In this document: positions 10,000 to 18,819 of the stretch, piece after piece
How the letters are laid out: each line of letters begins with the position of its first letter
Numbering within the stretch: the stretch's first letter is position 1
Origin: a virus
IMG/VR virus record: IMGVR_UViG_3300042460_000724
Coordinates: 1-64,000 of that record
DNA: 64,000 nucleotides
Reading direction: 5' to 3' (one strand)
Notes under the pieces: model-generated
Database searches by the model: none
Told to the model about the DNA's origin: nothing
Seen by the model: the letters and a program-made list of their open reading frames with translations, nothing else
Program-made: the position numbers and the translations under genes

Positions 10000-10905
10000 A
10001 TGAAAAATATCATTGAGTGGAATGTTGGATTAAATGGGTACAAAAAATGTACCTTAGAATTAGGGGAAGATTCTCATAAATTTACCACAGAATTATTAGA
10101 TGTTTCATTTGAAAATGGACGTAATATTAGTGATATATTTAATGACCATTTATCCATTAGACAGACCAAATATGTAGAAGTTTTATACAGTGGTGGATTG
10201 GATAGTGAATTAGTATTACTATCCTGTATAAAAAACAGTATACCAGTAATAGCAATAACGTTGATTATTAAAATAAAAGGGTTAATCATTAATACCCATG
10301 ATTTGTATTATGCTGAGAAATTCTGTAGACAAAATGATATAACTCATAAATTAGTTGAATTAGATGCTGATAATTTTTTTCAGAATGGAGATTATCTAAA
10401 ATATTTGACCCCGTATCATATCATAGAACCACATGTAGCAACACATTTATGGTTAATTGAAAAGTGTAGTTATTTTCCTATTATGGGTGGGGATTGGCCT
10501 TGGATACATACCCATATAGAAAATAAAGTATTATCACCATTTAGACTAGAGTTTGCTAGCTATGAAAGATTTATGAGGGATAAAGGTATACACGGAATTG
10601 GCAATATGGTTGGATATAGTTTGGAATCTAGTTGTAAACTAATAAAAATACATTTAGATAATCACATAGGCGAAGAGTCTATATCTAATTTTAAATCACG
10701 TATGTATCAAACCATGTATCCTGAATTAGAACCTAGATTAAGAAGTTATGGTTGGGAATATCATAAAACATTAAAATTTAACTTAATAACATATAAGATA
10801 GAATTAATTAAACAATTAAAACATACCCTTCCGTTTATTAAATGGAATAACACCATCAAGACTCTATTAAACACACAAGCCAATGAAAATGACAAATTTA
10901 AATAA
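10000..10905 (+). CDS. Adenine-nucleotide alpha-hydrolase (SGGxDS PP-loop) protein
   Basis: VLYSGGLDSE; CTAAATA late promoter at 9988-9994. Confidence 0.75.
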   Translation: MKNIIEWNVGLNGYKKCTLELGEDSHKFTTELLDVSFENGRNISDIFNDHLSIRQTKYVEVLYSGGLDSELVLLSCIKNSIPVIAITLIIKIKGLIINTHDLYYAEKFCRQNDITHKLVELDADNFFQNGDYLKYLTPYHIIEPHVATHLWLIEKCSYFPIMGGDWPWIHTHIENKVLSPFRLEFASYERFMRDKGIHGIGNMVGYSLESSCKLIKIHLDNHIGEESISNFKSRMYQTMYPELEPRLRSYGWEYHKTLKFNLITYKIELIKQLKHTLPFIKWNNTIKTLLNTQANENDKFK

Positions 10906-11479
10906 ATTTGATACCCATGAATCTTTTTATCATGGATTGATTAAAAGCAAACTATGGTTATGTGAGGAACTAGAAACTAGTATATACCATGAATGTTTAA
11001 GTAAACCTACATTACATATTCTGGGATGTTGGGATAATCTATTAGCATTTATTCTACTCACACGTAAACCTGAACTCTATAACGTTGTATATGGTTATGA
11101 TATAAATCCAGAAGCTATTGATAATGCTAATAAAATATGTGATATGTGGAAATATGAATCTCCTAAAGTTTATAATTATGTACAGGATGTAAACGATTAT
11201 GATTACAGTCTACATACTAATAGTATTTTTATTAATTGTAGTGTAGACCAAATGGAAAGTAATATTTGGTATAATTCAATACCTAAGGGTAGTTTAGTAT
11301 GTATTCAGGCCACTGATGTGACAGATAGAGAATTTCCCTGGCTAATTAAACAAACAACTGAAAATTTAAACGAGCTACTTGATAGATTTAATTTTAACAA
11401 TTTGCTGTATTCTGGAACAACTGAGTTAGTTTATAAAGATGGAATATATAACCGATTTATGATTATAGGCCACAAATAA
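10883..11479 (+). CDS. Class I SAM-methyltransferase-like protein
   Basis: SKLWL...ILGCW...GYDIN...INCS motifs. Confidence 0.65.
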   Translation: MKMTNLNKFDTHESFYHGLIKSKLWLCEELETSIYHECLSKPTLHILGCWDNLLAFILLTRKPELYNVVYGYDINPEAIDNANKICDMWKYESPKVYNYVQDVNDYDYSLHTNSIFINCSVDQMESNIWYNSIPKGSLVCIQATDVTDREFPWLIKQTTENLNELLDRFNFNNLLYSGTTELVYKDGIYNRFMIIGHK

Positions 11480-11507
11480 AAATAGGACCCGAAGGTCCTA
11501 TTTTTTT
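11479..11507. terminator. Bidirectional intrinsic terminator
   Basis: aaaataggacc-cgaa-ggtcctatttt. Confidence 0.85.
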
Positions 11508-12090
11508 ACATTACAGGTCCGTTACCGTTTTTAAATCCAACACTACCACCTTCATTTTCAATACGTTTGATAACGTCCTCAAACAGTATAGGTGTGTAAT
11601 CTGTATGCTCAACACATACGCAATGATACCTAGGATCAATTATAGGAATGCCATACTTGCCCACCGGTTCCATCATCACTCGGTTGGCGTGTAAGTGACC
11701 GTGAATGTTAGTGCCAAAACGACCTAACGATTCAGTATGAATAGGTATGTGACTTAATATCATTCCATTCATTACGTGGTAGGCACGTAATTCACGAAAG
11801 TATAACCTATATTCATCATCACGGAAGATATCGTGATTACCACGAATCAATACTTTATCACCGTTCAAGCGAGACATAATCTTTAATGCTTTACGATTGA
11901 TAACAACATCACCCAAGTGATATACTTTATCATTAGGTCTGACTGTTTCGTTCCAACGTTTAACCATTTCTTCATCCATCTGATCCGGATCAGTCCATGG
12001 ACGTAATTTGGTAACTCCGTCGTTACGGGTGAATCTACAAACTCCGGTATGCCCGAAGTGTGTGTCACTTGTTAAAAATACTGCAGGCAT
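11506..12090 (-). CDS. Calcineurin-like metallophosphoesterase
   Basis: SDTHFGH, HLGD, GNHD and HGHLH motifs. Confidence 0.92.
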   Translation of the reverse strand: MPAVFLTSDTHFGHTGVCRFTRNDGVTKLRPWTDPDQMDEEMVKRWNETVRPNDKVYHLGDVVINRKALKIMSRLNGDKVLIRGNHDIFRDDEYRLYFRELRAYHVMNGMILSHIPIHTESLGRFGTNIHGHLHANRVMMEPVGKYGIPIIDPRYHCVCVEHTDYTPILFEDVIKRIENEGGSVGFKNGNGPVM

Positions 12091-12100
12091 ATTATTTCCT

Positions 12101-12409
12101 TTACGCTATTAACCAACCTATGTCGTCTTTTACTTCAACAGATTCAGCACCATCGTACTCATTGATTTTGAATTCAGAGCCTTCGGGCAACCAAGCTACT
12201 TCTAGTTCCATCATTCCACCTTTGTAGATTTCAGGATACTTCAATGCCACATAAGTTTGTAGTTCGTCAAACTTTTCGTCCGCTACAAATTGAGCAATAG
12301 CAGGTTCGAAAATAAGTTCAGGCATTGTTGGGTTCCAAGTGAACCACCCTGCACCAAAGCCAGGTGAATACAATACTGCTACTTTTCCATTCTTAACTAA
12401 CTTATTCAT
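12101..12409 (-). CDS. Hypothetical phage protein
   Basis: VAVLYSPGFGAGW...EYDGAES. Confidence 0.7.
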   Translation of the reverse strand: MNKLVKNGKVAVLYSPGFGAGWFTWNPTMPELIFEPAIAQFVADEKFDELQTYVALKYPEIYKGGMMELEVAWLPEGSEFKINEYDGAESVEVKDDIGWLIA

Positions 12410-12495
12410 TATATATCTCCGTTCTAATTCTTATTATACTACCAAAATGATTTATTGTCAAATGGATAAAGGTGTAATTAATTACACCTTTAATT

Positions 12496-12571
12496 TGGCA
12501 TCCCGGGTAAGCCTCGAACTTACAACCCCTGGTTTTGGAGACCAGTGCTCTGCCAATTGAGCTACCGAGAT
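12496..12571 (-). tRNA. tRNA-Trp(CCA)
   Basis: Cloverleaf, loop ctCCAaa, encoded CCA end. Confidence 0.95.
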
Positions 12572-12572
12572 A

Positions 12573-13115
12573 TTACACCAAAGCGATATTTAATTCTTTC
12601 AATTTATTTATATAGTATTCTTGGCCTTGACTAACTGTAGTACGCCAGTCATTCAATGAGTCTTCATTCGCACCATCACTAACAAACTTATAACATAGAA
12701 ACTCTATGTTATGTTTCTTACATACTTTTGCAATAGCATATGCTTCCATATCTACTACATCAGCAGGTATCAATAGATTACTATCAGTAACAAAGTTATC
12801 ACCTGTACTACAGGTTAGTCCATCACCGTTGTCAATGATGATTGTATCTTCAAATGGTGTTTGACCTGGTAGACTACCTAACTCACAGCACATCATATCA
12901 CGTTGTACAAACTTTGACACTTGATGAAATCCTGACTTAACAGTAACTCCACCTGCAGTACCAAAGTTAATAACACGCTTTGGATTGTATTTTGCAATAC
13001 ATTCAGCCGCGGTCATTGCGGCATTGACCTTACCTACACCGGTGTAGAAGACCTTCATACTAAATGATAGTTCAGGTGCTTCGTCTTTAAGTGCGATAAG
13101 AATCAAATCACGCAT
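12573..13115 (-). CDS. mtnN: MTA/SAH nucleosidase
   Basis: TGVGKVNAA, INFGTAG, TGDNF, DMEAYA and KFVSD motifs. Confidence 0.88.
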   Translation of the reverse strand: MRDLILIALKDEAPELSFSMKVFYTGVGKVNAAMTAAECIAKYNPKRVINFGTAGGVTVKSGFHQVSKFVQRDMMCCELGSLPGQTPFEDTIIIDNGDGLTCSTGDNFVTDSNLLIPADVVDMEAYAIAKVCKKHNIEFLCYKFVSDGANEDSLNDWRTTVSQGQEYYINKLKELNIALV

Positions 13116-13329
13116 TTTTTCTAATACGCTTTAAATAATCACGACCAACTAGTCCTGCTTCAATTTCCATTAATGCAGTTACAGTTGGACCTGCCTTTGT
13201 GTTAATCAATGATTTATGTCCACGCTTCAATTCTCTTACACGTTGTGAGGCGATAAGAACTAAATCAAATCGACTACCAACCATAAGTGCGGCTTCTTCA
13301 CTTGTATATCTTGCTCTGCTTTCAGTCAT
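13108..13329 (-). CDS. rpoZ: RNA polymerase omega subunit-like protein
   Basis: ARYTSEEA..MVGSRFDLVLIASQRVREL...PTVTALMEI; true start at ATG 13329. Confidence 0.85.
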   Translation of the reverse strand: MTESRARYTSEEAALMVGSRFDLVLIASQRVRELKRGHKSLINTKAGPTVTALMEIEAGLVGRDYLKRIRKNA

Positions 13330-13355
13330 ATCATCTTTCTGTTGTTGTAAAACTT

Positions 13356-13431
13356 TGGTGGGTCGTGAGAGACTCGAACTCCCGACATTCTGCGTGTAAG
13401 GCAGACGCTCTACCAACTGAGCTAACGACCC
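13356..13431 (-). tRNA. tRNA-Val(TAC)
   Basis: Cloverleaf, ctTACac. Confidence 0.95.
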
Positions 13432-13615
13432 AAATACTTTTAACCACCTTGGTTACTATCTTTAACTTCTGTTTCTCTAGCAATATTTTCAAATGCTTCA
13501 TCTTCATTCTTTTGATCCTCGATAATTCTTGGATCAGGCTTGCGAAAAATATTATCCCAATTATTGTTAAACGTATTTAAATCTACGCTATACGGTCTGG
13601 GCATACTTCCCTTGC

Positions 13616-13780
13616 TCATTTGCTATCCTTACGAGAACTGGTACGTGAATTGCTTTTTTCAATCTCAACATAACTGCGAATAAAATCTCCACGCTTATGT
13701 GCATCACGAATAAGTGTTGCCGCACGTTTAACTGCTTGGGGGAGTTTAACTGCCCTTGAATCATAACCTCTACAAGTCAT
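13616..13780 (-). CDS. Small basic protein (54 aa)
   Basis: Hand-translated MTCRGYDSRAVKLP... with AAGGA SD. Confidence 0.55.
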   Translation of the reverse strand: MTCRGYDSRAVKLPQAVKRAATLIRDAHKRGDFIRSYVEIEKSNSRTSSRKDSK

Positions 13781-13803
13781 ACTATTTTCCTTTTTAAAAA
13801 CTA

Positions 13804-13880
13804 TGGTCGGAGTACAAGGATTCGAACCTTGGACCTCATCGTCCCAAACGATGCGAACTACCGGGCTGTTCTACACTCCG
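13804..13880 (-). tRNA. tRNA-Pro(TGG)
   Basis: Cloverleaf, ttTGGga. Confidence 0.95.
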
Positions 13881-13882
13881 AA

Positions 13883-14032
13883 TTAACTTGGTATTATATG
13901 TGGTATGTATGGAACATTTCTAGGACCATGTCGTTGTTCAAAAAGCTTTTTAGCTTCCTGTACATTAGGTGCAAAGACTTTATCTTTAGTATCACCTTGT
14001 GGTGTTCTGACTGTTGTTTCATACATTGGCAT
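13883..14032 (-). CDS. Small protein (49 aa)
   Basis: Hand-translated MPMYETTVRTPQG... with AGGAG SD. Confidence 0.55.
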   Translation of the reverse strand: MPMYETTVRTPQGDTKDKVFAPNVQEAKKLFEQRHGPRNVPYIPHIIPS

Positions 14033-14046
14033 ATAATTCTCCTATT

Positions 14047-14121
14047 TGGATGCGGGGGACGGATTCGCACCGCCGATCTTCAGGTTATGAGCCTGATGAG
14101 TTACTACTTCTCCACCCCGCG
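14047..14121 (-). tRNA. tRNA-fMet(CAT), initiator-like
   Basis: CGCGGGG 5' end, C1:A72 mismatch, ctCATaa. Confidence 0.9.
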
Positions 14122-14334
14122 GTAATTAGTGAGACTGCTACTACACCACATAGCCCAATCTCTGAGTTGTTACACTGTCCATAACATTTATTCTTTTGGA
14201 AAGGTGCTATACCTCACCTAATGCGTTCCCGCCACTCCACCACAGAGTACGGATGGTCAATGCACTACACACCTAGCACTTTCTTTGGTGACTGCCCCAC
14301 CCACTTTATAACGTCAAAGTGTAAACGGGTTTCT

Positions 14335-14408
14335 TGGTGGAGGATAACAGAATCGAACTGTTACGAAGACCTTGCAAAGGTCCCAGGCTCCCATTACATC
14401 AATCCCCC
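14335..14408 (-). tRNA. tRNA-Ala(TGC)
   Basis: ttTGCaa, G3:U70. Confidence 0.9.
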
Positions 14409-14418
14409 AATATTCTTT

Positions 14419-14495
14419 TGGTGCCCTAGGAGAGACTCGAACTCTCAGCTTACGGCTTCTAAGACCGCTGTGTTTACCAATTTCACCACCAGGGC
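14419..14495 (-). tRNA. tRNA-Leu(TAG), short variable loop
   Basis: ctTAGaa, 5-nt variable region. Confidence 0.9.
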
Positions 14496-14559
14496 ATTTA
14501 ACTATTATAACAGAAAACTATTTATCTGTCAATACTTGTTTTCCCGAATAAATATTTTC

Positions 14560-14838
14560 ATGCTACAAAAGAAAGAACGTATCCCTCTTAACCTACGCCG
14601 TAGAGTTATTGAACGTGATGGTAAATGGTGTGTTTATTGTGATGAAGACTTATCCGATAAAGAAATACATATGGATCATGTTATTGCTGAATCTAAAGGT
14701 GGAGAAACTACATATAACAATCTTCAAGTAACTTGTAGAAAATGTAATCTTGCTAAGGGTACTTTAACTGAATTAGAATTTGTTGAACGGTTAAGAACCA
14801 GAGCAATAAACATTTTAAATAGAATTGGAGCGGGATAG
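14560..14838 (+). CDS. HNH endonuclease
   Basis: RDxxxCVYC...DHV...GG...NL...CxxCN; ATAAATA at 14548; start corrected to 14560. Confidence 0.88.
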   Translation: MLQKKERIPLNLRRRVIERDGKWCVYCDEDLSDKEIHMDHVIAESKGGETTYNNLQVTCRKCNLAKGTLTELEFVERLRTRAINILNRIGAG

Positions 14839-14900
14839 CGGATTCGAACCGCTGACGAACAGCTTGGAAGGCTGACACTCTACCCCTGAGTTAATCCCGC
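14826..14900 (-). tRNA. tRNA-Gly(TCC)
   Basis: ctTCCaa, U73. Confidence 0.95.
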
Positions 14901-14949
14901 AAAAAAGCCCACAATATTTAGTGGGCCCTTTGTATGTGTGTGAAAAGTT

Positions 14950-15189
14950 TTATTTCCTATCAAAGGCCCAGAATAAAACTCCTAGAGCTACAAGACCTAC
15001 TAGACCTTGACTACCCAATGCTGTCACAAATTTTAATACATTACCTAAAATGTCTAAACCGATGAATGGCACTGCCGCTCCGAAAATGATTTGTAAGATT
15101 ACACCCACTGCTAATAACTTAACTCCCATGTCAACTACGTGACCTAGAAATCCGCCAGCAATAGCGAATGCGTTATTCATTTTTTCCAT
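14950..15189 (-). CDS. Small membrane protein
   Basis: Hydrophobic helices; AAAGGA SD. Confidence 0.65.
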   Translation of the reverse strand: MEKMNNAFAIAGGFLGHVVDMGVKLLAVGVILQIIFGAAVPFIGLDILGNVLKFVTALGSQGLVGLVALGVLFWAFDRK

Positions 15190-15296
15190 GTTTTTGTTTC
15201 CTTTCACAAACTAATATTTACCTCTTTGTGAAGGCTTCAAAGCACATTCTCTTTACATTATTAGACTATTGTTATTACACAATAAATCTATATATT

Positions 15297-15372
15297 TGGA
15301 GTAGGTGACAGGAGTCGAACCTGCATAGCACGGATTTGCAATCCGCTACCTAACCATTCGGTACACACCTAC
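15297..15372 (-). tRNA. tRNA-Cys(GCA)
   Basis: ttGCAaa, U73. Confidence 0.93.
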
Positions 15373-15544
15373 ATATAAATACTATATGGAAATCAACGTG
15401 AACAACTTTTTATTGTTGTATGGAAACAATAAACATCCTTATCAACTAACTGGTAGTTGGGGTGTACACGATGGTTTTAAATTAAATGAGTTTTTACACC
15501 CGCCAAAAAAAGAATTTGTCCCTGACAAATTGCTTACAATAAGT

Positions 15545-15780
15545 TGCTCTGCATCCCCCGGCGGTACTATAGATATAACAACTTGGTTGTGCTTGCCATC
15601 CACCCATCGATGAATAGGGCACTCAGCAAGTTTTTACGCTACATCCTTCCATCCGCTTCCCGACAGGGACCGTTCTCGCATTGCTAGCGGCCTTTGGGTT
15701 TAAAGACTACCACCCGTAGTTGTCACACTACTTCTCATCGTGCGGGTCACACTATCCGAAGACACTCGGAACGTTCTGAT
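15545..15780 (-). ncRNA. Candidate structured ncRNA in the tRNA operon
   Basis: GC-enriched tract with several hairpins and no convincing ORF; boundaries approximate. Confidence 0.45.
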
Positions 15781-15790
15781 AAATAATTAT

Positions 15791-16402
15791 ATGAATAACT
15801 ATTATAAATTTATTGATATCTCTAATACTAACGAATATATAGATTATTTCTTAAATATATTTATAAAAGAACATAACTTTATGGAATTAGTTACAAAGTC
15901 AGTTAGTAAAAGATACATTGAATACCCAATAGATAAATATCACAATCCAATGACTGCTAAACTTAGTAATGAATTAACTAAAAAATACAAGTTTCCACCT
16001 ATTAGTCATTTTATATTATTTTATCATACATCCGATCAAGCTATACACGCTGATGGTTCTTTAGTTCCTAGATGGTGTAGTTTTAATTTACCATTAATAG
16101 GTTGGGAAGGTACTAGAATGAACTTTTATTCTCCTAAACCTGATGTAATATCTAAAGATAGAGAAGCTAGATACTATGCAGAAAATGATGTGATTTATCA
16201 GGATCATTTTGATTGTACTAATAATTGGGTACTATGTCATAGTGGTTTACCGCATAAAGTATGTAATATGACTACTGAAAATCCTAGGATCACTTTGGTG
16301 AATAGATTTCACGGTAATCCTACTTTTAAAGTATTAACTACTTTAGTTAACTTGTTTGGTGGAGAGTGTGGGATTCGAACCCACGCACCCATTACTGGAT
16401 GA
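15791..16402 (+). CDS. Cupin/2OG-Fe(II) oxygenase-like protein
   Basis: IHADG...FNLP...PHKV...RIT; ATAAATA at 15779; start corrected. Confidence 0.65.
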   Translation: MNNYYKFIDISNTNEYIDYFLNIFIKEHNFMELVTKSVSKRYIEYPIDKYHNPMTAKLSNELTKKYKFPPISHFILFYHTSDQAIHADGSLVPRWCSFNLPLIGWEGTRMNFYSPKPDVISKDREARYYAENDVIYQDHFDCTNNWVLCHSGLPHKVCNMTTENPRITLVNRFHGNPTFKVLTTLVNLFGGECGIRTHAPITG

Positions 16403-16444
16403 CAGATTAGCAATCTGTTGGTTTAACCACTCACCCAACTCTCC
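16357..16444 (-). tRNA. tRNA-Ser(GCT)
   Basis: ttGCTaa, long variable arm. Confidence 0.93.
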
Positions 16445-16451
16445 TAATACT

Positions 16452-16528
16452 TGGTGCCTCCACCTGGACTCGAACCAGGAACCAATGGATTATGAGTCCA
16501 CTGCGCTAACCAATTGCGCTATAGAGGC
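16452..16528 (-). tRNA. tRNA(CAT), Ile2-like (Met not excluded)
   Basis: gactCATaatc; body resembles tRNA-Ile2. Confidence 0.85.
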
Positions 16529-16537
16529 ATCATTCTT

Positions 16538-16622
16538 TGGTGCGAGTGGGCGGGGTCGAACCGCCATGCCTTGCGACGCCAGATTTTAAGTCTGGAGAGT
16601 ATACCGATTTCTCCACACTCGC
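16538..16622 (-). tRNA. tRNA-Leu(TAA)
   Basis: ctTAAaa, long variable arm. Confidence 0.95.
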
Positions 16623-16629
16623 ATTGTTT

Positions 16630-17052
16630 TTACTTATCACTCTTAAGACCAAGTGAAATATTCTTTTTATGTTCTTCAGTTTTGAGTTTACCCTTATTAC
16701 CTGAACCATGTGAATTACCAATCATCTTGTGACTATTCATCTTACAAGCTGTTTCATAACCATACTTATGTACAAGGGATTCCCAAGGACTCTTCCAAGT
16801 GCCATTATTTTTAGCATCCTGAATATTTTCTTTTCTTGTTCCCCAATAAAGATGTTTTGGATTTGAACATTTGTCATTATGACAAGCGTGACACAAATCA
16901 ACTTTACTAGGTAAATTCGTATTAAGATATTGTGCTAACACACCGCGATGAACTGTACTATTACCACCTCGTTCAATACAAGGTTCAGCCAATTCTAAAT
17001 GTTGCGTTCTTGCTTCTCTTGCTTCAGCTATCCAATTTTCAACTAAAATCAT
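16630..17052 (-). CDS. HNH (His-Cys box type) homing endonuclease with NUMOD-like tail
   Basis: LCHAC.N..CSNP.HL.WGT..EN; KGK.KTEEHKKNIS. Confidence 0.85.
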   Translation of the reverse strand: MILVENWIAEAREARTQHLELAEPCIERGGNSTVHRGVLAQYLNTNLPSKVDLCHACHNDKCSNPKHLYWGTRKENIQDAKNNGTWKSPWESLVHKYGYETACKMNSHKMIGNSHGSGNKGKLKTEEHKKNISLGLKSDK

Positions 17053-17119
17053 TTTTGATCTCCTCTATGTTTATTTATGCTAAACACAAGTAAATAAATG
17101 ATTTTGTGATTACTAAACT

Positions 17120-17196
17120 TGGCGCACCGTAGGGGACTCGAACCCCTGGCCTCTTGCGTGACAGGCAAGCGATCTAACCAACTGAGCTAACGGTGC
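17120..17196 (-). tRNA. tRNA-Asp(GTC)
   Basis: ctGTCac, G73. Confidence 0.95.
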
Positions 17197-17207
17197 ATGT
17201 TCTTGTA

Positions 17208-17846
17208 TTATAAAAAACTATCAGAAGTAACTGTAAAGTCTTTATATTTTTCTATACTTTTTTCTATTAAAGACTTCTGAACAAGTCCATCAACAATTAC
17301 TAATAATTTTTCTCTATCAGGATTATAAGTAGTTCCGTGCCAACAATGTTTGTCATTGTATGAAAACCAATTAGTTTCTTTTGGTAAAGAAAGAGGAATA
17401 GTTTTATTACCGTCTGGTAAGCTAAAATGCCATTGTTGTTCTTCCCAAGGATGATATAACATTGCTCTTATTCTCCATATATCAAGACCGTCATCCGCAT
17501 GAGGGGAAAAATTCTTAAGGCTCTTAACTATACGTATTGTTCTTACATTTGAAAACGGTAAATTAATACATTGTTGATACAACTTTGGTAAACTATGACT
17601 GATATCAACGTACGGGGATTGCCACAATGTTCTTCTCTCGCTACTCGCAGTCTGAAATATGTCCATTCCAAACCAGATATCGTTCCTACCTAACATACTA
17701 TTGTTAGGTACAGGTCTTGATACAGGATTTTGAGGTACAAAATAAGTTTTTACTAAGTTGTCAGCATTCTTATGCCATATTTCCCAAAATACATTCCAAT
17801 CATCTGGAACTAGCGGTGGTATATCTAATGGTGTAGCGATAATCAT
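17208..17846 (-). CDS. 2OG-Fe(II) oxygenase-like protein
   Basis: PHADD...WHGT...K; start corrected to 17846 after ATAAATA. Confidence 0.65.
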   Translation of the reverse strand: MIIATPLDIPPLVPDDWNVFWEIWHKNADNLVKTYFVPQNPVSRPVPNNSMLGRNDIWFGMDIFQTASSERRTLWQSPYVDISHSLPKLYQQCINLPFSNVRTIRIVKSLKNFSPHADDGLDIWRIRAMLYHPWEEQQWHFSLPDGNKTIPLSLPKETNWFSYNDKHCWHGTTYNPDREKLLVIVDGLVQKSLIEKSIEKYKDFTVTSDSFL

Positions 17847-17863
17847 ATTACTATTTATATGCT

Positions 17864-17948
17864 TGGTGGAGATTACTGGGATCGAACCAGTCGTGCTATA
17901 AAGCGGCGGATTTACAGTCCACTGCATCACCATTGATGCTTCATCTCC
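17864..17948 (-). tRNA. tRNA-Tyr(GTA)
   Basis: ctGTAaa, long variable arm. Confidence 0.93.
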
Positions 17949-18202
17949 GAATACACATAGATATGTACAATAACATTACTATCATACACATCTATATTAA
18001 ATTAGTATAAGCTACTTGTTTCCACACAAGCCCTTAATTGAGCGGTTACTCTGTCCATCCTTTTTATTCTAATGTCTGTGTGCAGAAGGATACTGCCTAT
18101 CAGATTCCGAGGGGTAGTTTCCAGCCCTACACTTACGGTCTTCTGCCACCGGATCTCTATCGCTAATCAAACGCTATTTTAACGAAAATAGTAACGGGAT
18201 GC

Positions 18203-18278
18203 TGGAGCTCGGTACGGGATTCGAACCCGTGTGAATGCCGTGAAAGGGCACTATCCTAGGCCGCTAGATGAACCGAGC
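18203..18278 (-). tRNA. tRNA-Glu(TTC)
   Basis: gtgcc-ctTTCac-ggcat. Confidence 0.93.
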
Positions 18279-18282
18279 ATTA

Positions 18283-18410
18283 TGTTATTAGTTTTGCTGA
18301 CGCACTATTTGCTATGTCTCAACGGAATCGGTGGCCACACTACCGTTTATCGTCATAGTTACGTAGGGTTGACGTTTACCCAAGGGCTTACATCAGCAAA
18401 ACTAATAACA
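18283..18410 (-). ncRNA. Candidate ncRNA closed by an 18-bp perfect stem
   Basis: tgttattagttttgctga / tcagcaaaactaataaca. Confidence 0.55.
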
Positions 18411-18411
18411 C

Positions 18412-18626
18412 ACTATATGAAAACACATTATGGGAACTATTAAACAAATAATCAGTACCGTCTACTGATGCAGTGTCATTCGTCATTACTGCCTGACTGC
18501 CCGTCACGTTCGTAACTTTCGTTATCATACGCTTCTTGTACTCTATGCGAAGCCAGTCCGTCAACTGGTTATGCTTCCATAGAGTACCTAACGGATCAGG
18601 TAACCCTTAATATGTTTACATATAGT
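18412..18626 (-). ncRNA. Candidate ncRNA closed by a 23-bp stem
   Basis: 20/23 Watson-Crick pairs plus a G-U that forms only on the minus strand. Confidence 0.55.
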
Positions 18627-18819
18627 CCCTGTAACTTAAACAGGGCTATATGATAACTTAACTTTTTAAAGAACTTTTTGCAACTGACTCTATCGTTTGT
18701 TGCTATGTGTCTATTATAACACCGTTTTGATTAATTGTCAAATTCTTTTTTGTGTCTCTGTTTCCAAGAACTTCTTCAATCAATCTAAGTATCTATTATA
18801 GCACCAAGTTGATTTATTG

